A DNA stretch of 64,000 nucleotides from Candidatus Methylomirabilota bacterium (GCA_035936835.1 DASYVT010000069.1:6800-70799), one strand, 5' to 3'. Counted from the first letter of the stretch, positions 8,819 to 18,800 are shown. Translations and numbers: made by a program. The notes: generated by a model from the sequence alone, not told the origin.

Positions 8819-10001
8819 CGCGCTCGCCATCCACGGCGGTACGCCTGTCCGCGCGACGCTGCTGCCCTATGCGCGCCAGACGATCGAGGACGACGATGTC
8901 CAGGCGGTCGTCGCGGCGCTCCGCTCGGACTGGCTCACGACCGGTCCGACCGTCGAGGCCTTCGAGCGGGCCGTGGCCTCGGTGGTGGAAGCACGGCACG
9001 CCGTCGCGGTGAGCTCCGGGACCGCGGCGCTCCACGCCGCCGTCTTCGCCGCGGGGATCGGGCCTGGTGACGAGGTCATCACCTCGCCACTCACCTTTGC
9101 GGCCTCCGCCAACGTCGTGCTCTATCTGGGCGGCACGCCGGTCTTCGCGGACATCCGGCCCGACACGCTCAACGTGGACCCGGCCGAGGTGGCCGTGCGC
9201 GTGACCCCCAAGACCCGGGCCATCCTGCCGGTGGACTTCGCGGGGCAGCCGTGCGATCTCGATGGGCTGAGTGAGATCTCACGCGCCCGCGGGCTGGCCA
9301 TGATCGAAGATGCGGCGCATGCGCTCGGCGCCAGCCACAAGGGGCGCCCCGTCGGGGCCATTGCCGATCTCACGACCTTCAGCTTCCACCCCGCCAAGCT
9401 CATCACGACGGGCGAGGGCGGCATGGTTACGACGAACCGCGACGACCTGGCGGCGCGCCTCCGGCGCTTCCGCAACCACGGACTCGAAACCGACTTCCGC
9501 GAGCGGACCGCGCGCGGGGCGCCCTATTCGCCCATGGTCGATCTCGGCTACAACTATCGGCTGACCGACCTCCAGTGCGCGCTCGGCCTCTCGCAGCTGG
9601 CCAAGCTCGAGTCGCTCCTCAAGCGCCGGGTCCGTGTCGCCGAGCGCTATTCGGCCGCGCTCGGCCGGGTGGACGCCGTGAAGGTCCCCGCTGTCCTGCC
9701 GCACGGCCGGCACGCCTGGCACATCTTCCCCGTCCTGCTGGAGACCGAGCGGATCAGCGCCGACCGTGACACCATCCTGGCCGCACTGCGCGCCGAAGGC
9801 ATCGGGGCGGCCGTGCACTATGTCCCGGCTTACTGGCACCCGTACTACGAGGGGCTCGGCTACCGCCGGGGCCTCTGCCCGCAGGCCGAGGCCGCCTATG
9901 AGCGTCTCCTGACCCTGCCACTCTTCCCCGCCATGACCGACGCCGACGTGGATGATGTCTTGACGGCTCTCCGCAAGGTTCTGGGGTACTACGCGCGATG
10001 A
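8811..10001 (+). CDS. pseC: DegT/DnrJ/EryC1-family PLP aminotransferase, PseC-like
   Basis: ATG 8811 overlaps the pseB end by 8 nt. PLP-lysine context FSFHPAKLITTGEGG. Positioned directly after pseB. Confidence 0.85.
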   Translation: MADALAIHGGTPVRATLLPYARQTIEDDDVQAVVAALRSDWLTTGPTVEAFERAVASVVEARHAVAVSSGTAALHAAVFAAGIGPGDEVITSPLTFAASANVVLYLGGTPVFADIRPDTLNVDPAEVAVRVTPKTRAILPVDFAGQPCDLDGLSEISRARGLAMIEDAAHALGASHKGRPVGAIADLTTFSFHPAKLITTGEGGMVTTNRDDLAARLRRFRNHGLETDFRERTARGAPYSPMVDLGYNYRLTDLQCALGLSQLAKLESLLKRRVRVAERYSAALGRVDAVKVPAVLPHGRHAWHIFPVLLETERISADRDTILAALRAEGIGAAVHYVPAYWHPYYEGLGYRRGLCPQAEAAYERLLTLPLFPAMTDADVDDVLTALRKVLGYYAR

Positions 10002-11017
10002 GCGCCGCACCGCGCGTCGCCTTCCTCACCCACGGCGGGCCGGCCATCGGATTGGGCCACGTGGCCCGATGCCTGTCCCTGGCTCGGGCCCTCGCCGGGG
10101 ACGGCGCCCGTGTCGTCTTTCTGGTCGGCCGGGCAGCCCGGGTGACGAGCGCCGTCGAGGCGGCCGGCTTCGACGCCGTGGAGACGGACTGGGAGAGCGC
10201 CGGGGCAGCGGCGCGCGACCTCGTGTCCGCCCTGCGCCCCGAAGCGCTCGTCGTGGATTCCTATGCGGTCTCGGGCGCGCTGCTCGACTTGCTCCGGCCG
10301 CTGGTGGGCCAGCTGGTCGTCATCGACGACCTCGCCGACCGCCCGCTGCCGGTTCACACGGTCGTCAACGGCGGTATCGACGCCGAGCATCTCGAGTACC
10401 GTGGCGGGCTGCCCGAGACGGTCTATCTGCTGGGGCCGCGCTACGCGCTTCTCGATCCCGCCTACGCAGCGGCGCCGGAGCGGAGGACGCGGGCCTCCGT
10501 GGAGCGCGTGCTTGTTACCCTCGGCGGCGGCTCGCATCCGGGGGCGCTCCGAGCGGTCGTGCAGGCGGCATTGTCCCTCGGCACGGCCGCGGTCGATGTG
10601 CCAGTGGGGCCGTTCGCCGGCGAGGGAGTGGCCGACGCCATCGAGGACGCCCGGGTGATCGTCCATCGGGGCGTCTCGGCGCTCAGGTCCCTGATGCTCG
10701 CCGCGGACGTCGCCATCTCCGGCGCCGGGATGACGCTCTACGAGCTGGCGGCGACCGCAACACCCATCGTCTCCCTGACCATGGCGCCGAACCAGAGGCC
10801 GAACGCTGCAGCCTTCGAGCGTGCCGGCGCCGCGCTGGCGGCCGGCTCAGCCGATCATCCTGATCTCGGCGCGACCGTGGCAAGGCACCTCGGGTGCCTG
10901 GCCGCCGACGCGGCGCTGCGGGAGAAGCTCGGCGCGGCGGGGCGGAGGCTGGTGGACGGGCAGGGGGCGAGCCGCGTCGCCCGGGAGCTCGCCTCCATGC
11001 CGAGCCCGCGGAGATGA
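9998..11017 (+). CDS. pseG: UDP-2,4-diacetamido-2,4,6-trideoxy-beta-L-altropyranose hydrolase, PseG-like (GT28-related)
   Basis: ATGA overlap with pseC. N-terminus VAFLTHGGPAIGLGHVARCLSLARAL is the PseG-type motif. The C-terminal half is MurG-like (ISGAGMTLYELAA). Confidence 0.75.
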   Translation: MSAAPRVAFLTHGGPAIGLGHVARCLSLARALAGDGARVVFLVGRAARVTSAVEAAGFDAVETDWESAGAAARDLVSALRPEALVVDSYAVSGALLDLLRPLVGQLVVIDDLADRPLPVHTVVNGGIDAEHLEYRGGLPETVYLLGPRYALLDPAYAAAPERRTRASVERVLVTLGGGSHPGALRAVVQAALSLGTAAVDVPVGPFAGEGVADAIEDARVIVHRGVSALRSLMLAADVAISGAGMTLYELAATATPIVSLTMAPNQRPNAAAFERAGAALAAGSADHPDLGATVARHLGCLAADAALREKLGAAGRRLVDGQGASRVARELASMPSPRR

Positions 11018-12069
11018 GCATGGGCATCCTCAAGGTCAAGATCGGTGAGCGGTGGGTCGGAGACGGCGAGCCCTGCTTCGTCGTGGCCGAGGCCGGCGCC
11101 AACCACAATCGCGACCTCGCCATGGGCAAGGAGCTGATCGACGTGGCGGCCGAGGCCGGCGCCGACGCCGTCAAGTTCCAGACCTACTCGGCCGAGACGC
11201 TCTACTCGAAGAAGACGCCGAAATTCTCCTACCTCGAGAAGCTGACGTCGAAGGACACCTGGCAGCTTATCAAGGAAATCGAGCTGCCGCGCGAGTGGCA
11301 GGCCGAGCTCCAGGCCTGGGCGTACAAGCGCGGCATCATGTTCTTCTCGGCGCCCTTCGACTACCGCGCGGTGGACGAGCTCGATGCCCTCGGCGTGCCG
11401 GCCTTCAAGATCGCCTCTTTCGAGATCGTGGACCTTCCGTTGATCGGATATGCCGCCGGGAAGGGGCGGCCCATGATCCTCTCTACGGGGCTCGCGACCT
11501 ACGAGGACATCCAGGACGCGGTCGAGACGTGCCGGAGCGCCGGCAACCGGGACATCGTCCTGCTCCAGTGCGCCTCGCTCTACCCCGCGCCGCCGGCCCG
11601 CATCAACTTGCACGCGATGGAGACGATGCGGCGCGCCTTCGGCGTGCCGGTGGGGCTCTCGGACCACACCCTGGGCATCCACGTGGCAGGCGCCGCTGTG
11701 GCGCTCGGCGCCTGCGTGGTCGAGAAGCACTTCACGCTGAGCCGGGCGCTGCCTGGCCCGGATCACCCCTTCGCGATCGAGCCCGCCGAGCTCAAGGCTA
11801 TGGTCCGGCAGATCCGCGACATCGAGGCCGCGCTCGGCGACGGCCGGAAGGCCGGCCCCGCACCCGAGGAGCAGGAGATGCATCAGAAGGCCCGGAGGAG
11901 TCTCATCGCCGCGCGGGCCATCCCCATGGGCACGCGCATCGAGCGGGACATGATCACCATCAAGCGCCCAGGCTTCGGTATCCGGCCCAAGCTGCTCGAC
12001 CTCGTGGTCGGGCGCGTGGCGCAGGTGGACATCGAGGAAGACACCGTGCTGACGTGGGAGATGCTGTGA
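11014..12069 (+). CDS. pseI: pseudaminic acid synthase, NeuB family
   Basis: ATGA overlap with pseG; the track start 10894 is inside pseG. CFVVAEAGANHNRDL..., AVKFQTY, and a C-terminal SAF-like segment ITIKRPGFGI. Confidence 0.85.
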   Translation: MSMGILKVKIGERWVGDGEPCFVVAEAGANHNRDLAMGKELIDVAAEAGADAVKFQTYSAETLYSKKTPKFSYLEKLTSKDTWQLIKEIELPREWQAELQAWAYKRGIMFFSAPFDYRAVDELDALGVPAFKIASFEIVDLPLIGYAAGKGRPMILSTGLATYEDIQDAVETCRSAGNRDIVLLQCASLYPAPPARINLHAMETMRRAFGVPVGLSDHTLGIHVAGAAVALGACVVEKHFTLSRALPGPDHPFAIEPAELKAMVRQIRDIEAALGDGRKAGPAPEEQEMHQKARRSLIAARAIPMGTRIERDMITIKRPGFGIRPKLLDLVVGRVAQVDIEEDTVLTWEML

Positions 12070-12551
12070 GCCGTCTCGACGCCACGCGCGTGGGAGACGT
12101 AGCGCTGAGGCCGGCGCAGCTCGAGGACTGCGCGCGGACCTGGGAATGGCGGAACGACCCGGAGACGAGGCAGGCCTCGTTCGACGCGGCGCCGATCCCG
12201 CTCGAGACGCACGAGGCCTGGTTCCGCGCGAGCCTCGGGCGGGTGGACCGGAGGCTCTACGTGATCCTGGCCCAGGGGCGAGAGTGCGGTTCAGCGCGCC
12301 TGGACTTCGCCGGAGGCGAGGCCGAGGTGAGCATCCATCTCGCGCCCGAGTACCGGGGACGCGGGGTCGGCCCCGCTGCGCTCGAGCGCCTGGTAGAGAC
12401 GGCGTTTGGCGAGCTCGAGCTCGGGCGGCTCGTGGCGCGGGTCAAGGCCGACAACGCGGCCTCGCTGGCCGCCTTCGAGCGGGCGGGTTTCACGCGTGTC
12501 GTCGATGGCGCCGCCGTCACCCTTGTCCGCGCCCGCGAAGAGCGAGCCTGA
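12066..12551 (+). CDS. pseH: GNAT N-acetyltransferase, PseH-like
   Basis: GTGA overlap with pseI. 161 aa with the acetyl-CoA motif EYRGRGVGPAALE. Located inside the pse module. Confidence 0.7.
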   Translation: MSRLDATRVGDVALRPAQLEDCARTWEWRNDPETRQASFDAAPIPLETHEAWFRASLGRVDRRLYVILAQGRECGSARLDFAGGEAEVSIHLAPEYRGRGVGPAALERLVETAFGELELGRLVARVKADNAASLAAFERAGFTRVVDGAAVTLVRAREERA

Positions 12552-13540
12552 TGCGCTTTCTCGTGGTCGGCACGGGCTCGATCGGCACGCGGCACGCCCG
12601 CAACCTCCTGGCATTGGGCCACGAGGTCTCGGGTTGGGACGCGCTCCCCGAGCAGCTCGACCTGGCGCTGCGGACCGTGCCTGGGCTCATCGCGGTAGCG
12701 GGGCTCGAGCAGGGCCTGGCGGCGCGGCCCGAGGCCGTGCTGGTGTGCACCCCGCCGGCGACCCACATGACCGTGGCAAGGCAGGCGGTCGAAGCCGGCT
12801 GCCACGTCTTCGTGGAGAAGCCCGTGGCACACCTCTCGGACGAGGTGCCGGCCCTCCTCGACACGGCCAAGCGTGCCGACAGGCTCTTCGCGGTGGGCTT
12901 CAACTTGCGCTTCCTGCCGAGTCTCCGCCGCGTGAAGGCGCTGCTCGATGCCGGGCGTATCGGACGCGTCCACTCGGCAAGCGCCCGCTTCGGCTTCTTC
13001 CTGCCGGCCTGGCGCGCCGGGCGTGACTACAAAGATAACTACGCGGTGAGCGCCGAGCAGGGGGGTGGCGTGCTGCTCGACGCGATCCACGAGCTCGACT
13101 ATCTGGGCTGGTTCTTCGGGGAGGCGGCGGAGCTCTGTTGTGCCGCCGGCCACGTGAGCGCCCTCGCGGGCGACACGGAAGACCTCGCCGAAGTGACTGT
13201 GCGCTTCTCCTCGGGCGTGCTCGCCCAGGTCCACCTCGACTATCTGCGCCGCGCCTATCGGCGAGACCTGGAGGTCATCGGCGCCGACGGCGTCATCACT
13301 TGGGACTACGCATCGCGAGCCGTGACCGTGCTTGGTCCGGAGCCCGATCGCGTCGAGGCGCACGACGCATCGGGCGACGCGCCGAACGAATCCATGTACG
13401 TCGCGGAAATGCGACACTTCATCGCCTGCCTCGAAGGGCGCGAGGAGCCGCTCGCGGACGGCTGGGAGGCGCTCCGGTCCCTGCGCATGGTCGAAGCTGC
13501 GAAGCGTTCGGACGCCGAGCGGCGCTGGGTGAGCCTCTGA
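12551..13540 (+). CDS. Gfo/Idh/MocA-family NAD(P)-dependent oxidoreductase
   Basis: TGATG junction with pseH. N-terminal MRFLVVGTGSIGTRHARNL Rossmann motif, then VFVEKPVA, characteristic of the family. Confidence 0.8.
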   Translation: MRFLVVGTGSIGTRHARNLLALGHEVSGWDALPEQLDLALRTVPGLIAVAGLEQGLAARPEAVLVCTPPATHMTVARQAVEAGCHVFVEKPVAHLSDEVPALLDTAKRADRLFAVGFNLRFLPSLRRVKALLDAGRIGRVHSASARFGFFLPAWRAGRDYKDNYAVSAEQGGGVLLDAIHELDYLGWFFGEAAELCCAAGHVSALAGDTEDLAEVTVRFSSGVLAQVHLDYLRRAYRRDLEVIGADGVITWDYASRAVTVLGPEPDRVEAHDASGDAPNESMYVAEMRHFIACLEGREEPLADGWEALRSLRMVEAAKRSDAERRWVSL

Positions 13541-14340
13541 TGGCAGAGCGGGCCGTTGTGGTGATCCAGGCGCGGCTCGGCTCAACGCGCCTGCCCGGCA
13601 AGGCGCTGGCCGACGTCGCAGGGCGTCCCATGCTGGCCCACGTGGCCGAGCGGGCGGCGGCGATTCCCGGCATCGCTGGGATGGTGATCGCGACGACGGT
13701 GAGCCCGGCAGACGAGGCGCTGGAGCACTTCGCGCGGCAGGCCGGCCTTCACTGTATCCGCGGCAGCGAGGCGGATGTCCTCGACCGGTTCTGCCTGGCG
13801 GCCCGCGAGACGAAGGCCGAGGCGGTCGTCCGAGTCACGGCGGACTGCCCGCTGCTCGATCCCGAGGTTTCCGGGCGTGTGCTGGTCGAATACCTGGGTC
13901 GCCGCCCGGGCGTGGACTACGTGAGCAACGTGCACCCGCCGACCTATCCCGACGGCCTCGACACCGAGGTCGTCTCGGTCGAGGCGTTGGAGACGGCGGC
14001 GCGCGAGACGCAGTTGCCCTCCGACCGCGAGCACGTGACGGCCTACCTCTGGCGCCGGCCGGAGCGCTTCCGCTTGGCCAATGTCACTCACGGTGAAGAT
14101 CTCTCGGCGCACCGCTGGACCGTGGACACCGGGGCCGACCTCACGTTCGTTCGGGCGGTGTTCCAGACGCTCGGGCCCGCCGCAGCCCGCGCGGGCATGG
14201 CCGAGGTGCTGCGGCTTCTCGCCGAGCGTCCGGCGCTCCGCGCCCTCGATGCGGGCCTTCGCCGCAATGAGGGGTTCGAGCAGTCACTCGCGGCCGACCA
14301 TCAGACCGTCACCACAACGCCGAGGACCACCGCGCCATGA
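13540..14340 (+). CDS. SpsF/COG1861-type cytidylyltransferase (candidate CMP-nonulosonate synthetase)
   Basis: TGATG junction. VVVIQARLGSTRLPGKAL...VVRVTADCPLLDP...YPDGLDTEV matches the acylneuraminate-cytidylyltransferase-like SpsF pattern. Confidence 0.75.
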   Translation: MAERAVVVIQARLGSTRLPGKALADVAGRPMLAHVAERAAAIPGIAGMVIATTVSPADEALEHFARQAGLHCIRGSEADVLDRFCLAARETKAEAVVRVTADCPLLDPEVSGRVLVEYLGRRPGVDYVSNVHPPTYPDGLDTEVVSVEALETAARETQLPSDREHVTAYLWRRPERFRLANVTHGEDLSAHRWTVDTGADLTFVRAVFQTLGPAAARAGMAEVLRLLAERPALRALDAGLRRNEGFEQSLAADHQTVTTTPRTTAP

Positions 14341-15632
14341 CCGCGTCGCGCCGCAGCTTCGACCGCTCGATGGCCATGCTGGCCCGCGCGCGCCGCTCCA
14401 TCCCGGGCGCCTCGCAGACGCTCTCGAAGGGCGCCAATATGTTCGTCGAGGGCGCCTACCCGGTATTCCTCCAGCGGGGGGAGGGCTGCCGCGTCTGGGA
14501 CGTGGACGGCGGCGAGTACATCGACTACATCCTGGGTCTGGCCTCGATCACCCTGGGCTATGCCTATCCGGCCGTGACGGAAGCCGTCGCCCGCCAGCTC
14601 GGCGAAGGGAGCATCTTCTCGCTGCCCCATCCGCTCGAGGTCGAGGTGGCCGAGCGGCTCATCGAGGTGATCCCCTGCGCCGAGCAGGTGCGCTTCCTCA
14701 AGACAGGCTCCGAGGCGAATTCGGCGGCAATACGTGTGGCGCGAGCGACCACCGGGCGCGACGTCATCGTGTACTGCGGTTACTCAGGCTGGCACGACTG
14801 GTACGCGATTACCACCCCGCGATCCAAGGGAATTCCGAAGGACTTCGCGCGCTTCATCGTGCCGTTCAACTACAATGACCTGCCTTCGCTCGATCGGGCG
14901 CTGGATGAGCACTACGGCAAGGTCGCTGCGGTGATCATGGAAGCCGTGCTGCTCGATGCTCCAGGGCCGGGCTTCCTCGAGGGCGCCAGGAAGGCCGCGC
15001 ACGACCACGGCGCGCTTCTGATCTTCGACGAGATCGTGAGCGGCTTCCGCTGGGCTGTCGGCGGAGCGCAGGAATACTTCGGCGTTGCCCCGGACCTGGC
15101 GACTTTTGGAAAGGGCATGGCCAATGGCCTCCCGCTCTCGGCGGTTGTGGGGCGCGCCGAGCTCATGCGTGAGTTCGAGGACGTGTTCGTGTCGAGCACC
15201 TTCGGCGGCGACACGCTGGCGCTCGCAGCGGCGGCTGCGACGATAGACGAGTACCGGCAGAAGCCAGTCATCGCGCACCTGTGGGCCGCCGGGCGACGCT
15301 TCCAGGACGGCTTCAAGCGGGCCGCCACGAGGACGGGGCTGCCCGTCGACTGCGTCGGCTTCCCGGTCCATCCCAAGATCGTCTTCCGCCACGCGCGTGA
15401 GGAGACCAACCGGCTGCTCATGAGCCTATTCCTCCAGGAGACGGGGCGGCGAGGCGTCATCTTCCACTTCGCGGGCTTCAACATCTCCTTTTCGCATTCC
15501 GACGCCGACGTGGCCCAGAGTCTCGAGGCCTGTGAGGCTGCGCTCCGGATCGTGGGCGAGGCGCTGGCCGATGGTCGCGTGGTCGAGAGGCTCGAGGGGC
15601 GGCCCTACGAGGAGGTCTTCAAGCGCTCGTGA
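14337..15632 (+). CDS. class-III PLP aminotransferase, glutamate-1-semialdehyde 2,1-aminomutase-like
   Basis: ATGA junction. GSEANSAAIRVARA..., LIFDEIVSGFR, and PLP-lysine context DLATFGKGMANGLP. Confidence 0.85.
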   Translation: MTASRRSFDRSMAMLARARRSIPGASQTLSKGANMFVEGAYPVFLQRGEGCRVWDVDGGEYIDYILGLASITLGYAYPAVTEAVARQLGEGSIFSLPHPLEVEVAERLIEVIPCAEQVRFLKTGSEANSAAIRVARATTGRDVIVYCGYSGWHDWYAITTPRSKGIPKDFARFIVPFNYNDLPSLDRALDEHYGKVAAVIMEAVLLDAPGPGFLEGARKAAHDHGALLIFDEIVSGFRWAVGGAQEYFGVAPDLATFGKGMANGLPLSAVVGRAELMREFEDVFVSSTFGGDTLALAAAAATIDEYRQKPVIAHLWAAGRRFQDGFKRAATRTGLPVDCVGFPVHPKIVFRHAREETNRLLMSLFLQETGRRGVIFHFAGFNISFSHSDADVAQSLEACEAALRIVGEALADGRVVERLEGRPYEEVFKRS

Positions 15633-16852
15633 TGCGGATCGCCTTCATCATCCGCAGGAAGAACTACTACCGCCTGCTCGGACCGGCGGTCGAGGAGGGG
15701 CTCCGGCGCGGCTGGCGCGTCGAGTGCTGGCACGACTGGAGCCAGCCTCGGGGCGGCGCCAAGGGCTCGGAGTTCCCGGACACGGCGCCCGCCATGGCTG
15801 GGGGCGCGCCCGAGGTGCGCACGTTCCTCGGGTTCGAAGACCTCGCTGCGCAATTTCGCGCAGACTCGCCGGACGTCGCCGTCACGCTCGATCCGCCGGA
15901 TCCCGCCACCCGGACCGGCAGCACGGCACGGTGGCTATGGCTCCAGTACTCGGCCGATATCCTGTTCGAGCCGACGCCCCAGGGTTTTTTAGACGCCGAT
16001 GCGGTGGGCGCCTACAGCGCGTACTGGACAGAGCGGCTCGAGGAACGGTACTGGGAAACTGGGGCTGCCCAAGAGATTCGCCGCAAGATGCGGCCGGTCG
16101 GCATGCCCGAACTGGATGCGGCGCGCCGCATTGACCCGGACGAGGTCCGCCGGCGGCTCGGGCTGCCCCGCGATCGTCCCATCGTGCTGTACCTGTCCTT
16201 TCCGCTCCGGTCGAACCCGCCGACGTTCTGGCTGCGCGGAGTGTTCACGCCGTCCACCCGGCTCGGCCAGGCCGCGCGCACCCTGGTGGCGCGGCGCATG
16301 GAGTACTGGCCGGACGTGCGGGAGGGCTTGAACGACCGGCGTCTAGTCGAGGCCGTGCGCCGCTTCTGCGACAGGGCCGGAGCGGCGCTCGTGATGAAGT
16401 CGCGGCTCAAGGATCCGATTCCGCGCTACGCCTTGAGGCGCGCGGATCGCGCGTTCTATGACCTCTCCCATTACCCCGCGACCATCCTCGATCTCCTCAG
16501 CGTTGCCTCGCTCTGCATCCACGCGTACAGCACGACGGTGCTCGAGGCCGGCTACTGTGGCGTGCCGAGCCTCTGCCTTGCGCCGACTGACGCCGCCATG
16601 GGCCAGCCTGCCTTTGCCTCGGAGTTTGTCCACAACCTCAAGCCCGGCTGGATTTACAACTGGCCGGGCGTCGCCTATGGTGTGCCGCTGAGGGAGGCCT
16701 ACGGCGGCTTCGGCCGCTGGAGCCTCGCCGACTTCCCCTTGGACCGGAGGGCCCGCAGCGACTACATCGATCGCTTCCTCGGCTTCGACGACGGCAGGAG
16801 CTCGGGACGCCTGCTCGATCTGGTCGAAGGATTGGCCCCGGAGGGCCGATGA
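15632..16852 (+). CDS. hypothetical protein with a GT-B-like C-terminal half (candidate nonulosonate transferase)
   Basis: ATG 15632 (TGATG); GTG 15629 is also possible. No family recognised by eye. The C-terminal ILDLLSVASLCIHAYSTTVLEAGYCGVPSLCLAP resembles the nucleotide-sugar-binding half of GT-B enzymes. Confidence 0.5.
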   Translation: MRIAFIIRRKNYYRLLGPAVEEGLRRGWRVECWHDWSQPRGGAKGSEFPDTAPAMAGGAPEVRTFLGFEDLAAQFRADSPDVAVTLDPPDPATRTGSTARWLWLQYSADILFEPTPQGFLDADAVGAYSAYWTERLEERYWETGAAQEIRRKMRPVGMPELDAARRIDPDEVRRRLGLPRDRPIVLYLSFPLRSNPPTFWLRGVFTPSTRLGQAARTLVARRMEYWPDVREGLNDRRLVEAVRRFCDRAGAALVMKSRLKDPIPRYALRRADRAFYDLSHYPATILDLLSVASLCIHAYSTTVLEAGYCGVPSLCLAPTDAAMGQPAFASEFVHNLKPGWIYNWPGVAYGVPLREAYGGFGRWSLADFPLDRRARSDYIDRFLGFDDGRSSGRLLDLVEGLAPEGR

Positions 16853-17661
16853 GCGCCTCGACCGCTCACGCCGCCGGCGCCCGTCTGAGGACCCTCCTCG
16901 CGGCGTACTACACGCGCTACTACCGGGACACGCTCGGCCTGCCTGACTGGCAGACGAAGGTCTTGGGCCGGCTCACCGAGGAAGACGTGGAGACGACCCG
17001 CATCCAGATCGTGGCCGAGGCCTTGGGCCGGCCGCTCCACGGCCTGCGCGTGCTGAACGTGGGATGCGGCACTGGCGGCTTCAACGTGGCGGCCCAGCGG
17101 GCGGGCGCCAGCACGTGGGGGATCGATGCGAGCGACGATGCCATCCGCATCTGCGAGCTCCGGCGAGCGCTCGGCGCGGGCGGCCGGTACGCCCTTGCGG
17201 CCGCCGAGGCGCTGCCGTTCCCGGACGACTCCTTCGATCTCGTCTACTGCCTCTCGACTCTCGAGCACGTGGAGGGCGTTGAGGCCGCGGTCGGCGAGAT
17301 GGTTCGTGTGCTCCGCCCCGGAGGCGCCGTGCTGCTCTACGCTCCGAACGCCTGGGCGCTCTACGAGAACCACTACAAGATCTTCTGGCCCCCGCGCTGC
17401 CCCAAGCCGCTGGCGCGCTTGTACCTGCGCCTGCGGCGTCGGCCCCCGGGCTTCGTGGACACGCTGAACTATCTCTCGGCCCGCCGCTGTGCAAGGCTCT
17501 TCCGGCGCGCGGGCGCCACGGTCGCGCCCTTCGGGCTGGTCAAGACGGACGGGCCCGTCGCGGGGTGGAGCGCGCGGCTGGCGCGCCTCTACTACCGCAT
17601 GTTCAGGGTCCAGCCCGCCATCCAGCTCGTCGCTCGGAAGGGTGCGGCGGCACGGCCATGA
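16849..17661 (+). CDS. class I SAM-dependent methyltransferase
   Basis: ATGA junction. Motif I VLNVGCGTGGF, then DLVYCLSTLEHV and VLRPGGAVLL. Confidence 0.85.
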   Translation: MSASTAHAAGARLRTLLAAYYTRYYRDTLGLPDWQTKVLGRLTEEDVETTRIQIVAEALGRPLHGLRVLNVGCGTGGFNVAAQRAGASTWGIDASDDAIRICELRRALGAGGRYALAAAEALPFPDDSFDLVYCLSTLEHVEGVEAAVGEMVRVLRPGGAVLLYAPNAWALYENHYKIFWPPRCPKPLARLYLRLRRRPPGFVDTLNYLSARRCARLFRRAGATVAPFGLVKTDGPVAGWSARLARLYYRMFRVQPAIQLVARKGAAARP

Positions 17662-18800
17662 GGGTGTGCAGCCCTCACTGCGGCCTCGACCCCGAGACGA
17701 CCTCGGGCGGCGAGACTTACGAGCGGGAGCTCTTGATCCACCTCGCAGGTCTCGGCGTGGTGAACGAGCTGATCCTCGCGCGGCACAAGCGCGTGCCGGC
17801 GGGGGTGGCGAACCTCGTCGTCCACCGCCTGCCGATCGCACGGGGCCTGCGCTGGCCCGTGGCGGCCCTGGCCTTCCCGCCGGCGATCGCGCGGGTGTAC
17901 CGGAAGACGCTGTTCGATCTTCTGCGCGTCCACTCGCTGCGCTACGTCGGGCCCGCGGCGCTCCTCGCGAGGTGGCTCTACCGCCTGGACGTGCCCATCG
18001 TGTCGCACCACCACCACCTCGACCCGAGTCCGCTCAACCCGTTGATCGAGCGTCGCGTGCTCCAGGCCTCCGAGCGGATTGTCACGGTGAGCGAGTTCTC
18101 CAAGCGTCAGCTGGCGAGCGCCCTCGGCATCCCCGCCGAGCGCATCGAGGTGGTGCCGAACGGTGTAGACGAGAAGTTCGTCCCCGCGCCGGGGGGCGCC
18201 GCGCTCAAGGCCCGCTACGGGCTCGGCGACGGGCCAGTAGCCCTCTTCCTCGGCGGGCTCAAGCCGAGGAAGAACCTGCCCTTCCTGCTCCACGTCTGGC
18301 GCGACGTCGCGGCCGCCCGTCCCGAGGCGACCCTCGTGATCGCGGGGGACGGCCCGCTCGGTGGCGCGGTGAGGCGCCAGGCTGAGGCCATGGGGCTGGG
18401 CCTACGCGTCGTCTTCACGGGCCGGCTGCCGGAGGCGGACAAGGTGGCCCACTACAATCTGGCCGACATCTTCCTTTTCCCCTCGGCGCTCGAAGGTTTC
18501 GGCCTCGCCGTGGGGGAGGCGATGTCCTGCGGGTTGCCCGTGATCGCCTCCGATGAGGGTGCGCTCCCCGAGCTGGTCGCTCACGGGCAGGGCGGCTTCG
18601 TGTGTCGGGGCGGCGACCGCGCGGCCTTCGTCGAGGCGACGCTCCGTCTGCTTGACCAGCCGGAGCTCCGGCGCCGCCTCGGCGCCTTCAACCGCGAGCG
18701 GGTGGACCGGCACTTCCGGTGGCCGCGCGCGGCGCGGCGCGTGCTCGACATCTACGTAGAGGTCGTGGGCGACTGGAAGCGCGACGTGCGTCGGGCATGA
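17658..18800 (+). CDS. GT4-family glycosyltransferase
   Basis: ATGA junction; track start 17565 trimmed. IPNGVD-type VVPNGVDEKF, and EX7E region FPSALEGFGLAVGEAMSCGLPVIAS. Confidence 0.85.
   Translation: MRVCSPHCGLDPETTSGGETYERELLIHLAGLGVVNELILARHKRVPAGVANLVVHRLPIARGLRWPVAALAFPPAIARVYRKTLFDLLRVHSLRYVGPAALLARWLYRLDVPIVSHHHHLDPSPLNPLIERRVLQASERIVTVSEFSKRQLASALGIPAERIEVVPNGVDEKFVPAPGGAALKARYGLGDGPVALFLGGLKPRKNLPFLLHVWRDVAAARPEATLVIAGDGPLGGAVRRQAEAMGLGLRVVFTGRLPEADKVAHYNLADIFLFPSALEGFGLAVGEAMSCGLPVIASDEGALPELVAHGQGGFVCRGGDRAAFVEATLRLLDQPELRRRLGAFNRERVDRHFRWPRAARRVLDIYVEVVGDWKRDVRRA

Noticed and set aside
12146-13540. The ORF-track start positions for many locus genes, which lie far inside the preceding gene. 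Examples: 10894, 11052, 12146, 13138, 17565, 19039, 19644, 22617, 24248, 29363, 32291, 35712.
   Set aside because: The recognisable protein begins in each case at an ATG or GTG overlapping the upstream stop codon. The N-terminal extensions are Arg/Pro/Gly-rich off-frame translations of the upstream gene. Coordinates were trimmed accordingly.
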